In this document: positions 16,265-26,112 of the stretch, piece by piece | Position numbering within the stretch: the first letter of the stretch is position 1 | Layout: each line of letters opens with the position of its first letter | DNA from: a virus | Lineage: Duplodnaviria; Caudoviricetes | DNA length: 54,252 nucleotides | Virus record (IMG/VR): IMGVR_UViG_3300038549_000013 | Coordinates: 1-54,252 of that record | Strand: one strand, 5' to 3' | Translations under genes and position numbers: made by a program | The notes under the pieces: model-generated | Seen by the model: only the letters and a program-made list of their open reading frames with translations | Told to the model about the DNA's origin: nothing | The model's database searches: none

Positions 16265-17649
16265 GCTACGAGCAATTCATCGCTGAAAAACTCCAGCGGG
16301 CGGTAGCGGCTGGACTACGCGATATCCCGCCACTTCCCGGCTCGCTACTCCCACTGCAGTCGGCGTTGGTGCCCTGGGCGCTCAAGCGCGGACGGTGTGC
16401 GATCTTCGCAGACACCGGGCTTGGAAAGTCGCGGATGGAGATCGCATGGGCGGATGCGCTGCATTCAGCACTCGGCATCGACATCTTGATGCTGACCCCG
16501 CTGGCCGTTGCCCGGCAGATGGTTGCAGAGGCGGCTCAGATCGGAGTGCAGATCACTCACTGCCGGACCGATTTTGATGTGCGCCCAGGACTCAATGTCA
16601 CCAACTACGAGCGCATGCACTTGTTCGACCCGGCGATGTTCGGCGGGGTCATCCTGGACGAATCGAGCTGCATCAAGCACCACGATAGCAAGACACTGCA
16701 GCGACTGCTCGAGGCATTCGCCAGCACTCCTTACAAGCTCTGCGCGAGCGCCACTCCGGCGCCGAATGACTGGACCGAGCTCGGTACACACGCGGAGTTC
16801 CTGGGCGTCTGCAAGCGCTCCGAGATGCTTTCCGAGTTCTTCGTGCACGACGGCGGCGAGACGCAGGTATGGCGGCTCAAGGGCCATGCTCGGCAAGCAT
16901 TCTGGCGCTGGGTTGCGTCATGGGCCGCAATGGTTCGGAAGCCTTCCGACCTGGGCCTGGATGACGCCGCCTACCAGCTGCCGCCACTGCGGATGCATGA
17001 GCACATCGTGGACTCTGGCAGCGAGACGGCTGGGATGCTCTTCAAGATGGATGCGCAGACGCTCATGGAGCGTCGCAACGCACGCAGAGCAACCATCGAG
17101 CAGCGAGTCGCAAAGTGCATCGAAATTGTGGAGTCGGAGCCCGACGAGCCTTGGGTGATTTGGGGAGACCTGAATGCCGAGACCGACGCGCTGGCCAGTA
17201 GAATCAGCAATACAATCCAGGTTGCCGGCGCTGATGACATCGACACCAAAGAAGACAGGTTGCTCGGCTTCTCGTCGGGCAAGTATCGCAGACTGGTCTC
17301 AAAGAGCTCGATAGCAGGATGGGGCTGCAACTGGCAGCACTGTGCCCGCATGGCATTCGTCGGCGTCACGGATAGCTACGAGTCGGTCTACCAGTCGATC
17401 CGGCGTTGCTACCGCTTTGGCCAGAAGCGCCCGGTCGACGTGCATGTCATCGCGAGCGATATCGAGGGCGCAGTGCTCGCAAACTTGCGACGCAAAGAAG
17501 CAGACGCTAACGAGATGGCGGCGTCACTCGCAGCCGAGACCCGCAGCGCAGTGATGGCCGAAGTTTTCGGATCTGTATCAACCACCAACGATTACAACGC
17601 CACTATGCCGATGCGGCAGCCGTCGTGGCTAAGGACAAAAGCACAATGA
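16261..17649 (+). CDS. SNF2-like helicase/ATPase
   Basis: ADTGLGKS, TNYE, ILDESS, ASATPAPND, GWGCNWQ, QSIRRCYRFGQ. Confidence 0.9.
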   Translation: MSYEQFIAEKLQRAVAAGLRDIPPLPGSLLPLQSALVPWALKRGRCAIFADTGLGKSRMEIAWADALHSALGIDILMLTPLAVARQMVAEAAQIGVQITHCRTDFDVRPGLNVTNYERMHLFDPAMFGGVILDESSCIKHHDSKTLQRLLEAFASTPYKLCASATPAPNDWTELGTHAEFLGVCKRSEMLSEFFVHDGGETQVWRLKGHARQAFWRWVASWAAMVRKPSDLGLDDAAYQLPPLRMHEHIVDSGSETAGMLFKMDAQTLMERRNARRATIEQRVAKCIEIVESEPDEPWVIWGDLNAETDALASRISNTIQVAGADDIDTKEDRLLGFSSGKYRRLVSKSSIAGWGCNWQHCARMAFVGVTDSYESVYQSIRRCYRFGQKRPVDVHVIASDIEGAVLANLRRKEADANEMAASLAAETRSAVMAEVFGSVSTTNDYNATMPMRQPSWLRTKAQ

Positions 17650-18515
17650 ACTGCATCGACCAGGACATCGGACCGAGCTGGGCCCTATACAACGGTGATT
17701 GCGTGGAAGTGCTGCGAGGCGTGCCAGACAGCAGTGTCGACTACAGCATATTTTCACCGCCCTTTGAGTCGCTTTACACTTACAGCAACTCACCGCGTGA
17801 CATGGGAAACTGCTCATCTAGCGAACAGTTTTTCGAGCACTTCGGTTTCCTGCTCACACAACTGCTACGAGTCATGCGCCCGTGTCGAGACATCAGCGTG
17901 CACTGCATGCTGCTGCCAACCAGCAAGGCAAGGGATGGCGTCATCGGACTGCGGGACTTTCGAGGCGAGATCATCCGTGCATTTGAAGCGCATGGATTCA
18001 TTCACCATTCCGAAGTCGTGATCTGGAAAGACCCCGTGACCGCTATGCAGCGGACAAAGGCGCTCGGGTTGCTCCACAAGACCGTGCGCGAGAACGCTAG
18101 CATGGCGCGGCAGGGCATCCCTGATTATTTGGTGACATTCCGATCACCGGGTGAGATCGGGCGCCGCGTGACTCACACTGCAGAGGACTATCCAGTGAGT
18201 TACTGGCAGAAGATCGCCAGTCCAGTTTGGATGGACATCGATCCGAACGACACGCTGCAGTACCGCTCGGCGCGAGAGCACGATGATGAGCGCCATATAT
18301 GCCCACTCCAGCTAGAAGTGATTCGACGTGGCATCCATCTTTGGACTAATCCCGAGGACGTAGTGCTCTCGCCTTACGCCGGGATCGGCAGCGAAGGCCA
18401 CGTCGCTAATCAACTCGGCCGCAAGTTCGTCGGGGTAGAACTCAAGCAGAGCTACTACGAGCAGGCCAAGCGTAACCTTCGTGCCAGCGTCGATCAGCAG
18501 GATATGTTCGCATGA
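17646..18515 (+). CDS. N4-cytosine/N6-adenine DNA methyltransferase (beta class)
   Basis: GDCVEVL, FSPPF, HICPLQL, VLSPYAGIGSEG, GVELK. Confidence 0.9.
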   Translation: MNCIDQDIGPSWALYNGDCVEVLRGVPDSSVDYSIFSPPFESLYTYSNSPRDMGNCSSSEQFFEHFGFLLTQLLRVMRPCRDISVHCMLLPTSKARDGVIGLRDFRGEIIRAFEAHGFIHHSEVVIWKDPVTAMQRTKALGLLHKTVRENASMARQGIPDYLVTFRSPGEIGRRVTHTAEDYPVSYWQKIASPVWMDIDPNDTLQYRSAREHDDERHICPLQLEVIRRGIHLWTNPEDVVLSPYAGIGSEGHVANQLGRKFVGVELKQSYYEQAKRNLRASVDQQDMFA

Positions 18516-18558
18516 GCGCGCAGCAATCCCCGATGGAATCGCTCGAACGGGGTGGGGC

Positions 18559-18930
18559 ATGAGCAATCGCCACGGCTACAACATCAAAGCACTGCGCCTC
18601 CAATGCTGGAAGCGCCAACGCGGGCATTGCTATTTCTGCGACGCCGTGACGTGGCTTCCAGTCGATGGTAAGCCCTCGGACGCTCTCATGGCTACGCTGG
18701 AGCACCTGATCGACCTGGACCTTGGCGGCAGCTGGCACGGCTCAAACCTCGCGTGCAGCTGTTACGGATGCAACAACAAGAGGGCCGCTGAGAAGCATGC
18801 GGCTCGAAACGGGCAGCGCGACCTCATTGCGCGCTACTCAAAGCCGCGCCGCAGAGTTCGCGCGGATGATTCCTGCAACTGCGGCGACACTGGCTGCGAC
18901 GGCATGCAGTGCCAGCGGGTGCTAGCATGA
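18559..18930 (+). CDS. HNH endonuclease
   Basis: CYFC...ATLEHL....GG....NL..SCYGCNNKR. Confidence 0.8.
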   Translation: MSNRHGYNIKALRLQCWKRQRGHCYFCDAVTWLPVDGKPSDALMATLEHLIDLDLGGSWHGSNLACSCYGCNNKRAAEKHAARNGQRDLIARYSKPRRRVRADDSCNCGDTGCDGMQCQRVLA

Positions 18931-19229
18931 AGAAAGTCTACATCTCCGGCCCCATCAGCGGCATTCCAAACGGCAACGTGGGTGCTTTCATTGATGCCTA
19001 CAACGCGCTCAAGGTAGCTGGTTACGATCCGGTCAACCCCTACAACAACGGCTTGCCAGGTCACGCCACATGGCACGAGCACATGCGTGCCGACATCCGC
19101 ATGCTGCTCGACTGCGACGGCGTGGCGCTGCTTCCCGGCTGGTACAACAGCAAGGGCGCGCAGATCGAGCGCCAGCTTGCGTATAGCCTCGACATGGACG
19201 TGCGGGACCTGCAGGAGTGGCTCTCATGA
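18927..19229 (+). CDS. DUF4406 / nucleoside 2-deoxyribosyltransferase-like protein
   Basis: KVYISGPISG, NP, MRADI..LL.CD...LLPGW..SKGA..E. Confidence 0.85.
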   Translation: MKKVYISGPISGIPNGNVGAFIDAYNALKVAGYDPVNPYNNGLPGHATWHEHMRADIRMLLDCDGVALLPGWYNSKGAQIERQLAYSLDMDVRDLQEWLS

Positions 19230-19534
19230 GTTCATTCCCCATTGGTGAAACTCCGAAAGGCTGGCAGCGCGGCAGCAAGATTCGCATCGCCATCCAGCCG
19301 TCCGGAACGGGCCAATACTGGGCCCTCGCAGAGGACATGAACTCGGCCGAGGGCTTTCGGCGGATGATGTCCATGCCTACCTCGTCTGACGATATCGCCT
19401 ACATCACATTCGACTGCCAGCAGCAGATGGCCGACTGGATTCACTGGTGGACTTTCGGCAAGCAGCGCACGTCCACCGGCCCGAGCAAAGCAATCATCGG
19501 TTTCAGCGACTTTGAACTGGACGGCAGCACATGA
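19226..19534 (+). CDS. hypothetical protein
   Basis: Coupled overlaps. Confidence 0.55.
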   Translation: MSSFPIGETPKGWQRGSKIRIAIQPSGTGQYWALAEDMNSAEGFRRMMSMPTSSDDIAYITFDCQQQMADWIHWWTFGKQRTSTGPSKAIIGFSDFELDGST

Positions 19535-19803
19535 CCCCCACCCAATTCGAAACCCTGCGCTGGCTACGAGACGTGGGCGGCGTGGCCGTGGCCTTCGGGG
19601 AAAAGATCGTCTCGCCGAAATACCTGGAGCGCGAGACGCGGCGCAGGAAGTCCAAGGACTACACGGCCGGCGCACATCTTGGCGACCACGAATACACCAA
19701 GCCCGCTGTCTCAGCCCTCCACCTCGTCCAGCGCGGCTGTATCGAGGCCAGAGGCGGGCAGCTGCACATCACAGAGCGCGGGCGCGCGGAGCTGAAGCCG
19801 TGA
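19531..19803 (+). CDS. hypothetical winged-helix-like protein
   Basis: MTPTQ..TL...LVQRG.I......ITERGR. Confidence 0.6.
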   Translation: MTPTQFETLRWLRDVGGVAVAFGEKIVSPKYLERETRRRKSKDYTAGAHLGDHEYTKPAVSALHLVQRGCIEARGGQLHITERGRAELKP

Positions 19804-19991
19804 ACATTCCGACGAGCAAAGCCGACAGAGACTGCCTGCGCAAGCGCGGCTATTGGACCGAATCAGCCGCTAAGCAGGTCATCGATCAGGCCAAGTTCAC
19901 AGACAGCCCTTTGAAGCCCGTGCGAGCCTACAAGTGCACCCACTGCCCGCGCTGGCACCTGTCTAGCCGGCCTGATAGGTACGCGAAATGA
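19800..19991 (+). CDS. small zinc-ribbon protein
   Basis: C..KR.Y...RAYKCTHCPRWHLSS. Confidence 0.65.
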   Translation: MNIPTSKADRDCLRKRGYWTESAAKQVIDQAKFTDSPLKPVRAYKCTHCPRWHLSSRPDRYAK

Positions 19992-20060
19992 GCGAACTAC
20001 AGGACGCTGAAAAAAGCATCACCCGCTGTTGCCATACCTTGAAAACTCTGTAGGATATAT

Positions 20061-20137
20061 TGCCGGCTAGGAATTGGCTGATCCCCAGTCCCGAAAAGCT
20101 GTTCTTGTCTGCCTCATCGTCTTTACGGCAGCCGGCA
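20061..20137 (+). ncRNA. c4-like phage antisense RNA
   Basis: 8-bp closing stem tgccggct/agccggca and GGCTAGG...CCCGAAAAGC core. Segment cctcatcgtc (20112-20121) is complementary to gacgatgagg (20157-20166), which covers the next gene's RBS. Confidence 0.65.
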
Positions 20138-20171
20138 TCCTCCCTAAGACCGAGGCGACGATGAGGATCAT

Positions 20172-20384
20172 TTGAACAACACCCAAGTCTCGCCCGAAGT
20201 TCCCGCCACGGTCTCATTCGTAGACCCGGAACTTCAGACCGCAATCACCTACACCACCGTCGAGCTCGCCTACGTCCGGCAGCTGCTCGCCCACCGCGGC
20301 GGCAAGTGCCCGAGTCTCGTCACTGACGAGCTCGAAGTGCTCGCGCGGCTGGCGGATCTCAAGATGCAGGCGGGGCGCCCTTGA
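20172..20384 (+). CDS. hypothetical protein
   Basis: TTG start after GAGG; coupled to the next gene. Confidence 0.55.
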   Translation: MNNTQVSPEVPATVSFVDPELQTAITYTTVELAYVRQLLAHRGGKCPSLVTDELEVLARLADLKMQAGRP

Positions 20385-20863
20385 GCAAACAGCCTTACAT
20401 GCCGTTCTTCTTCGGTGACTTCCTTGCCGCGACTGCTACATGGGATGGCGAGCAACAATCGCTATACATTTTGCTGCTCGCATACCAATGGTCAAGTGGC
20501 CCTCTGCCTTCAGATCCAGCGCGCATCGCCAAGATGTGCCGCTACGAGCGCAAGCGCTTCGACACGCTCTGGCAGACCGTATCAGAGAAGTTCGCCTTGA
20601 CCGCCAAAGGCTGGGTAAACGATCGGCTTGAGCAGCATCGCGAGCGCGCCAAAGAGATATCAAAAAAGCGTGCGACCGCCGGAGCAAAAGGCGGCTCTGC
20701 ATCCAAACAAAAGCAGGTATCTGCTTCAGCAAAGGTGGTCAGTTTGCCCAAGCAAAACGGAAGCAATTGCTTAGCAAGTGCTTCGGGTTTGTATAGCCAT
20801 CCAATCCAAACCAATCCAGAAGAAGAGGAAGAGGTAAGAGGGTTACCAAGGAGGGAGGTATGA
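20381..20863 (+). CDS. YdaU/DUF1376-family replication-region protein
   Basis: PYMPFFFGDFLA.T.......Y.LLL..QW..G.LP.D...N.RL...AGAKGG. Confidence 0.85.
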   Translation: MSKQPYMPFFFGDFLAATATWDGEQQSLYILLLAYQWSSGPLPSDPARIAKMCRYERKRFDTLWQTVSEKFALTAKGWVNDRLEQHRERAKEISKKRATAGAKGGSASKQKQVSASAKVVSLPKQNGSNCLASASGLYSHPIQTNPEEEEEVRGLPRREV

Positions 20864-22536
20864 AGGAACCACAGACGGTAGGTAGTACCACCGAGGTGGG
20901 TATGTACCCCCTTCTTGGTAACCCTCCGGAAGGCTCGCGGCCGGCCGAAAATTTTCTCGACGAATTGCCAGACATCGCCAGCATCCTGCGCGACTACCAG
21001 CGGCAGCTTGTTGCCGAAGGATCGAGGGCCATGCGTCGGCACCGCAGGCTGTGCTGGCAGGCCCCGACCGGTTCCGGCAAGACCGTGATCATCGGCGCCG
21101 TTGTCGCTGCGGCGATTCTGGCTGACCTTCGAGTACTCATCCTGGCTACCCGTACCCGCCTGGTCCGGCAGCTCCACGAGCGCTTGGACGCCTACCGCAT
21201 CGAGCACGGCATCCTGGCTGCATCAATGCCCGGCTACGTGAACTGGTCCAAGCCAGCCCAGATTGCGAGCGTAGACACGCTGTATCGGCGTGGCATTGCC
21301 GACCGCAAGATGCCCATGCCGATCGCTGATCTGGTGATCTTCGACGAGGCACACCTGGCACTCGGCATGAGCCGGCAGAAGATACTCAACGCCTACCCGC
21401 ATGCATGGATCTTTGGTTTCACCGCGACGCCGGCCAAGACCAGCGGCGCCTCGCTGCGCGATCAGTTCGACGAGCTGATCCTTGGTCCCTCGGTCAGCGA
21501 CCTGATTGCCTCTGGCAACCTCGTGCGGCCGCGCGTGTTCAACCGCCCGGTCGTCACCGCCAAGGAGCTCAAGGCGGTTCGCAAGGATTCGAAGTCGGGC
21601 GACTACGCGAACGGCGAGCTCTCTGCGGTGATGTCTCGCCCGAAGCTGGTCGGCGATGTGGTCCAGAACTGGCTGCGCATCGCCAACGGAAAGCGGACCC
21701 TCGTGTTCGCTTGCGACAAGAGCCACGGTAAGGGACTGGTGGACGAGTTCTTGCGCGCAGGGGTGCCATGCGAGCAGCTGACCGACAACGACGACGAGGA
21801 GACGCGAGAGGAGGTCATAGCGCGGCTTCAGCACGGCGTCACGCAGGTGGTCGTGAACTGTTTCTTGCTGAGCTACGGCATCGACATCCCGGCGGTCGAG
21901 TGCGTTGTGTTGGCGCGCCCCACGAGGAGCGTGGTGCTGTATCTGCAGGCGATCGGCCGCGGCATGCGGCCAAGCCCTGGCAAGGACGTGTGCTTGCTGA
22001 TCGACCATGGCCGGGTGGTGGAGAGCTTGGGCCCGCCGGCGTACGACCGAGAGTGGTCGCTCGACGACCAGAACGCCAACAAGAAACAGGCCGACCAGTT
22101 CCAGCGTGAACGCAAGTCGGTGACAGAGAAGAACCGCGACTGCCAGGACTGCGGCTGTTCCTGGCTGGTCAGCGAGGAGGGGAACAACTGCCCACATTGC
22201 GGATGGCAGCACAAGCCCAAGGCGAAGGTCATCGAGGTCCAGCAGGCCGAACTCATTGCCGGCGTAGAGGACACGGCAGATTTCGGTGCCATCGATCGAT
22301 TTCACGCGGAGGCGTGTTGGTGGTACCGCGAGCGATGGCCAGACCGTTGGCAGGCCAAGCAGAACTCAGGCCGTTTCTGGGCATGGGTGCAATGCCGCAC
22401 CAAGTTCAAGCGTCCGGATGACGAACGGATTCCTTCGCGGTACTGGCGGCATGACCCGAGAGAAACCACGCCAGAGGTTCGAGGCTGGCTCTTGGCCCAG
22501 CAGATTCGCTGGAGCAAGCGGAGGCAGGCAGCATGA
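20860..22536 (+). CDS. SF2 DEAH helicase (RadD/YejH-like) with zinc finger
   Basis: LRDYQ, APTGSGKT, DEAH, TATP, GIDIP, QAIGRGMR, CQDC..CPHC. Confidence 0.92.
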   Translation: MKEPQTVGSTTEVGMYPLLGNPPEGSRPAENFLDELPDIASILRDYQRQLVAEGSRAMRRHRRLCWQAPTGSGKTVIIGAVVAAAILADLRVLILATRTRLVRQLHERLDAYRIEHGILAASMPGYVNWSKPAQIASVDTLYRRGIADRKMPMPIADLVIFDEAHLALGMSRQKILNAYPHAWIFGFTATPAKTSGASLRDQFDELILGPSVSDLIASGNLVRPRVFNRPVVTAKELKAVRKDSKSGDYANGELSAVMSRPKLVGDVVQNWLRIANGKRTLVFACDKSHGKGLVDEFLRAGVPCEQLTDNDDEETREEVIARLQHGVTQVVVNCFLLSYGIDIPAVECVVLARPTRSVVLYLQAIGRGMRPSPGKDVCLLIDHGRVVESLGPPAYDREWSLDDQNANKKQADQFQRERKSVTEKNRDCQDCGCSWLVSEEGNNCPHCGWQHKPKAKVIEVQQAELIAGVEDTADFGAIDRFHAEACWWYRERWPDRWQAKQNSGRFWAWVQCRTKFKRPDDERIPSRYWRHDPRETTPEVRGWLLAQQIRWSKRRQAA

Positions 22537-23495
22537 TGCCGCGCATCGATGTCGAGATGATTCATCAGCGCCTCGGCGCGACCGGATGGGTGAATGCGCT
22601 AGAGCGCGCCGGCATCGACTCCGCGTTCCTGCGTAAGAAGCACGGCCCATGCCCTGTATGCGGCGGCAAGGATCGGTTCAAGTTTGACAATCGAAAGGGT
22701 CGCGGAGATTGGTTCTGCAACCAGTGCCGGCAGGGTGACGGAATCACGCTGCTCATGAAGGCCAAGGGCATGGATTTTCTTGCAGCCTGCAAGCTGGTGA
22801 TGGAGATCACCGGCATTGAGCAACAGGATGCGCCGACAGTTCCGGTCGGTCGCGTGTCGCACGCTGGAGCTCCAGTGGCGTATCCGACATCGAGAGTCAA
22901 GACGCTGCTCGAGCAGAGCTGCGCGATTCAGGATTGCGAGCCGGCACGCAGATACCTGCAATCTCGGGGACTGTGGCCGCTGCCTCCAATGCACAAACTG
23001 CGAGCGCATCCGTCGGTGGATTACTGGGAGGAAGGCGAGCGCGTTGGACAGCACCCGGCTCTTTTGGCCGCAGTCCGAGACATAGGCGGCCAAGTCGTGA
23101 CTGCTCACGTGACGTATTTGCAGCAGCATGGCGCAAAGCTCGCTTCCTACGAGCCACGAAAGATTCTCTCTGGCATGCAAGGAAGGGCCGGATGCGCGGT
23201 GCGCCTGATGCGCATTGGTGGCGAGACACTCGGTATTGCGGAAGGCATCGAGACCGCATTCTCTGCCGCCATCATCCACGGCACGCCGGTATGGGCTGCG
23301 CTGAATACCTCGCTGTTGCAGAAGTTCGAGCCGCCAGCTGGCGTCAAGCGCGTGGTGATATTCGCAGACCGAGACATACCTGGAATGGACGCAGCCGCGA
23401 AGCTGATGCAGAGGCTGCAGGGTCGTGTGCAGTTCGAAATGCAGATGCCATCCTGCAAAGACTGGAACGATGCGCTGATGGAACGGATGGAGTGA
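22533..23495 (+). CDS. primase (P4 alpha-type zinc-binding domain plus Toprim)
   Basis: HGPCPVCGGKDRF...WFCNQC; IAEGIETA; FADRD..G; DWND. Confidence 0.9.
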   Translation: MMPRIDVEMIHQRLGATGWVNALERAGIDSAFLRKKHGPCPVCGGKDRFKFDNRKGRGDWFCNQCRQGDGITLLMKAKGMDFLAACKLVMEITGIEQQDAPTVPVGRVSHAGAPVAYPTSRVKTLLEQSCAIQDCEPARRYLQSRGLWPLPPMHKLRAHPSVDYWEEGERVGQHPALLAAVRDIGGQVVTAHVTYLQQHGAKLASYEPRKILSGMQGRAGCAVRLMRIGGETLGIAEGIETAFSAAIIHGTPVWAALNTSLLQKFEPPAGVKRVVIFADRDIPGMDAAAKLMQRLQGRVQFEMQMPSCKDWNDALMERME

Positions 23496-23743
23496 GCAGC
23501 GCACCTCCAAAAAACTGGCGCGAGATTCGCTCAGCCGACGGCGAACTGCTGTATCTAGATCGGCTCTGCGGCCGGTTTTGGATTCGCTTTGAACTCGGCG
23601 AGTGGTGGGCGTACTACGACGCTGAGGCTCGTGGATTTGGATTTGGTGTCGACATCGGCAAGTGCCCATCGATGTCGCAAGCGCTGCACCTCTGCCGCGA
23701 GCACATGATCGAGACGGGCATGGATTTTTTCGTACCAACGTAG
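23492..23743 (+). CDS. hypothetical protein
   Basis: GTGA overlap with the primase stop. Confidence 0.55.
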   Translation: MSSAPPKNWREIRSADGELLYLDRLCGRFWIRFELGEWWAYYDAEARGFGFGVDIGKCPSMSQALHLCREHMIETGMDFFVPT

Positions 23744-23746
23744 GAG

Positions 23747-24076
23747 ATGACGATGACAAGTTACAACGCACAGATTCGAACCAGCCAGTATGTCAGCCAG
23801 CCGCAGGATGTGCCTGCAGCGCCGCATGGCGGCCTGGTTTCCATCACCGCCGAGATCGTTTCCGGCCGCGCCGGCCGAGTGCACGCAATCGCCGACCGCG
23901 TGAGCGCACTCGCGAACCGCATCTACGGTCATCGTCCGCAACCGGTAAGCGCTGACGGCGGGACCAAAGACGTTGGCAGGCAAGCCGATGCCGACCGTCT
24001 GCATCAGTCCATCGAGTTCCTCGACGCCGGTCTGGCGCGCCTCGAAGACGAACTGCAGCGCGTCGAGCAGCTCTGA
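23747..24076 (+). CDS. hypothetical coiled-coil protein
   Basis: 109 aa, AGGAG RBS. Confidence 0.65.
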   Translation: MTMTSYNAQIRTSQYVSQPQDVPAAPHGGLVSITAEIVSGRAGRVHAIADRVSALANRIYGHRPQPVSADGGTKDVGRQADADRLHQSIEFLDAGLARLEDELQRVEQL

Positions 24077-24174
24077 GAATCATTCGCTGAGAGTCAGTCG
24101 CGCCAGCCAGAATTTTCTGCGCTGGCGCTGTTTGACGCATAAGTCGATGGTAATATCTATCACGAGGTGATTTG

Positions 24175-25131
24175 ATGCAAAGACCGCTCTGTGTGTTCCA
24201 TGGCTCATGTGCTGACGGATTCGGCGCCGCATGGGTCGTGCGCAAGTTCTTCAACGGCGAGTGCGACTTCCATCCCGGCGTCTATCAAGACCCGCCGCCC
24301 GATGTGAACGGGCGCATCGTCATCCTGGTGGACTTCAGCTACAAGCGCGACGTGCTGCTGGAGTTGGCCAAGAACGCATGGGGCGTGCTGCTCATCGACC
24401 ACCACAAGAGCGCTGCGGAAGACCTGAAAGCGGACGACAACTACATCGTCGACTTCGGCGGCTACTCTGGCCGGAAGGACTGGCGCCGGTTCCTCGAATG
24501 CTCACAGATGGACCGCTGGGAGAATGCGCAGTACGCGCGCGTCTACTCGGTGTTCGACATGCAGCGGAGTGGTGCTGGCATGGCCTGGGATTTCTTTTTC
24601 CCTGACGACCATCGCCCGGCGCTCATCGATCGCATCGAAGACCGCGACCTGTGGCGTTTCTCGATGCCTGACACGCGCGCCGTTCAGGCTGCCGTGTTCT
24701 CGTACCCGTACGACTTCGGGGTATGGGATGCGCTCGCCAATGCCGACATGGCTAAGCTGCGCACAGAGGGCGAGGCCATCGAACGCAAGCACCACAAGGA
24801 CATTGCCGAGCTGGTCAAGTCCCTCCGCCGCGAGATGATCATCGGTGGCCACTGGGTGCCGGTCGCGAACCTGCCGTACACCTTGACGAGCGATGCCGGC
24901 CATCTGATGTGCCAACCCTATCAGTCGCTGAACCTTCAGGGCGAGATCGTCACGCCGCCTTTCGCGGGGTGTTACTGGGATACTCCAAGCGGCCGCGTGT
25001 TCTCTCTGCGCTCGGTCGATGGTGGCGCCGACGTATCTGAGATCGCCAAGCAATACGGCGGTGGCGGTCACAAGAATGCGTCAGGGTTCCGTGTCCCGCT
25101 CGCTGAGCTCGCCGAGAGGGGTCTGCTGTGA
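24175..25131 (+). CDS. DHH/DHHA1 phosphoesterase
   Basis: HG.C.DG, VDFS, IDHH, EDRDLW, FSLRS, YGGGGH..ASGF. Confidence 0.9.
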   Translation: MQRPLCVFHGSCADGFGAAWVVRKFFNGECDFHPGVYQDPPPDVNGRIVILVDFSYKRDVLLELAKNAWGVLLIDHHKSAAEDLKADDNYIVDFGGYSGRKDWRRFLECSQMDRWENAQYARVYSVFDMQRSGAGMAWDFFFPDDHRPALIDRIEDRDLWRFSMPDTRAVQAAVFSYPYDFGVWDALANADMAKLRTEGEAIERKHHKDIAELVKSLRREMIIGGHWVPVANLPYTLTSDAGHLMCQPYQSLNLQGEIVTPPFAGCYWDTPSGRVFSLRSVDGGADVSEIAKQYGGGGHKNASGFRVPLAELAERGLL

Positions 25132-25667
25132 CCAAGCTCCAAACCTCCCACGGCTCCGAGACCGCCAACGAGCGCCGTGCCAGCGGAGGTGCGGAAGTGA
25201 TGCGTGCTTGGATCGACTGCGAATGGACCGATTACAAGGGGCGGCTGATTTCGATGGCCTTGGTCGCCGAGAATGGCGCCGAGTGGTATCAGGAGATGGC
25301 GTTCGAGATCGCGTCGTGCGACCCATGGGTGTTGGCCAATGTGGTGCCGCATCTGTCGCGCTCACGCCCGTTGCGGGCTACCGACTTTGGCAATGAGCTC
25401 GGCTCATTTCTTCGGAGTCTGGGCGGCCGGGTGGAGATCATCGCCGACTGGCCAGAGGATATAGCACGGTTCTGTGATGCGCTCATCATTGGTCCGGGAG
25501 TTCGCGTAGCCACATACGACCTACGCTTTTCTCTCATCGATGCGAATGGCGCTCAGTCGGCAGTCCCGCACCATGCCCTGCATGACGCGCGAGCGATTCG
25601 TGATTGGCATTTGCTAGCGGAGGTGGGCCGCGGGCGTGGGGACTGCTTTCCGGAGAGTCGCAAGTGA
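25128..25667 (+). CDS. DEDDh 3'-5' exoribonuclease-like protein (Rv2179c-like)
   Basis: IDCE, LISMALV, WV..NVVP, HHALHDARA. The start may be 25200. Confidence 0.75.
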   Translation: MTKLQTSHGSETANERRASGGAEVMRAWIDCEWTDYKGRLISMALVAENGAEWYQEMAFEIASCDPWVLANVVPHLSRSRPLRATDFGNELGSFLRSLGGRVEIIADWPEDIARFCDALIIGPGVRVATYDLRFSLIDANGAQSAVPHHALHDARAIRDWHLLAEVGRGRGDCFPESRK

Positions 25668-25828
25668 AGGGCGTCACGAATCGAAAGGCCAAGCCCGACT
25701 CCCCAGCCCTGGCACTACTGCGCGCCCTGCTAGCCGACTACGATGCAGCCAGGAACAGCGTGGACCGACTCTGGTCGCTCGAGCGCCGGATTGAGCAGAT
25801 TCGCAGGACGGTGGAGGCTGTGCAGTGA
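25664..25828 (+). CDS. hypothetical protein
   Basis: Coupled overlaps on both sides. Confidence 0.45.
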   Translation: MKGVTNRKAKPDSPALALLRALLADYDAARNSVDRLWSLERRIEQIRRTVEAVQ

Positions 25829-26112
25829 GCATCCCACGCTACGCCGCTCGGGTCGACGCCACGCAGGCCGAGATCGTGGAGGCCATCCGAAAGGCTGGGT
25901 GGAACGTGGTCCAGCTCAAGCATCCCGTTGACTTGCTCTGCGACAAGAACGGCGTCATCAAATTGCTCGAGTGCAAGACACCGAAGGGCAAGCGCTCGCC
26001 AAAGCTCAAGCTGCGCAAGGACCAGCAGGCCCAGGCCGAGTTCTGCCGTCGGACCATGACACCCTACGTAACGACGGCAGAAGAGGCGCTGAGAGCCTTG
26101 GGCGAGATCTAG
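25825..26112 (+). CDS. VRR-NUC/PD-(D/E)XK nuclease (resolvase-like)
   Basis: AARVDA.QAEIV.A.R..G..V...PVDLL.......LLECK. Confidence 0.8.
   Translation: MSIPRYAARVDATQAEIVEAIRKAGWNVVQLKHPVDLLCDKNGVIKLLECKTPKGKRSPKLKLRKDQQAQAEFCRRTMTPYVTTAEEALRALGEI

Noticed and set aside
21223-23771. Long minus-strand ORFs (360 aa, 390 aa)
   Set aside because: They are antisense shadows of the helicase and primase in high-GC DNA.
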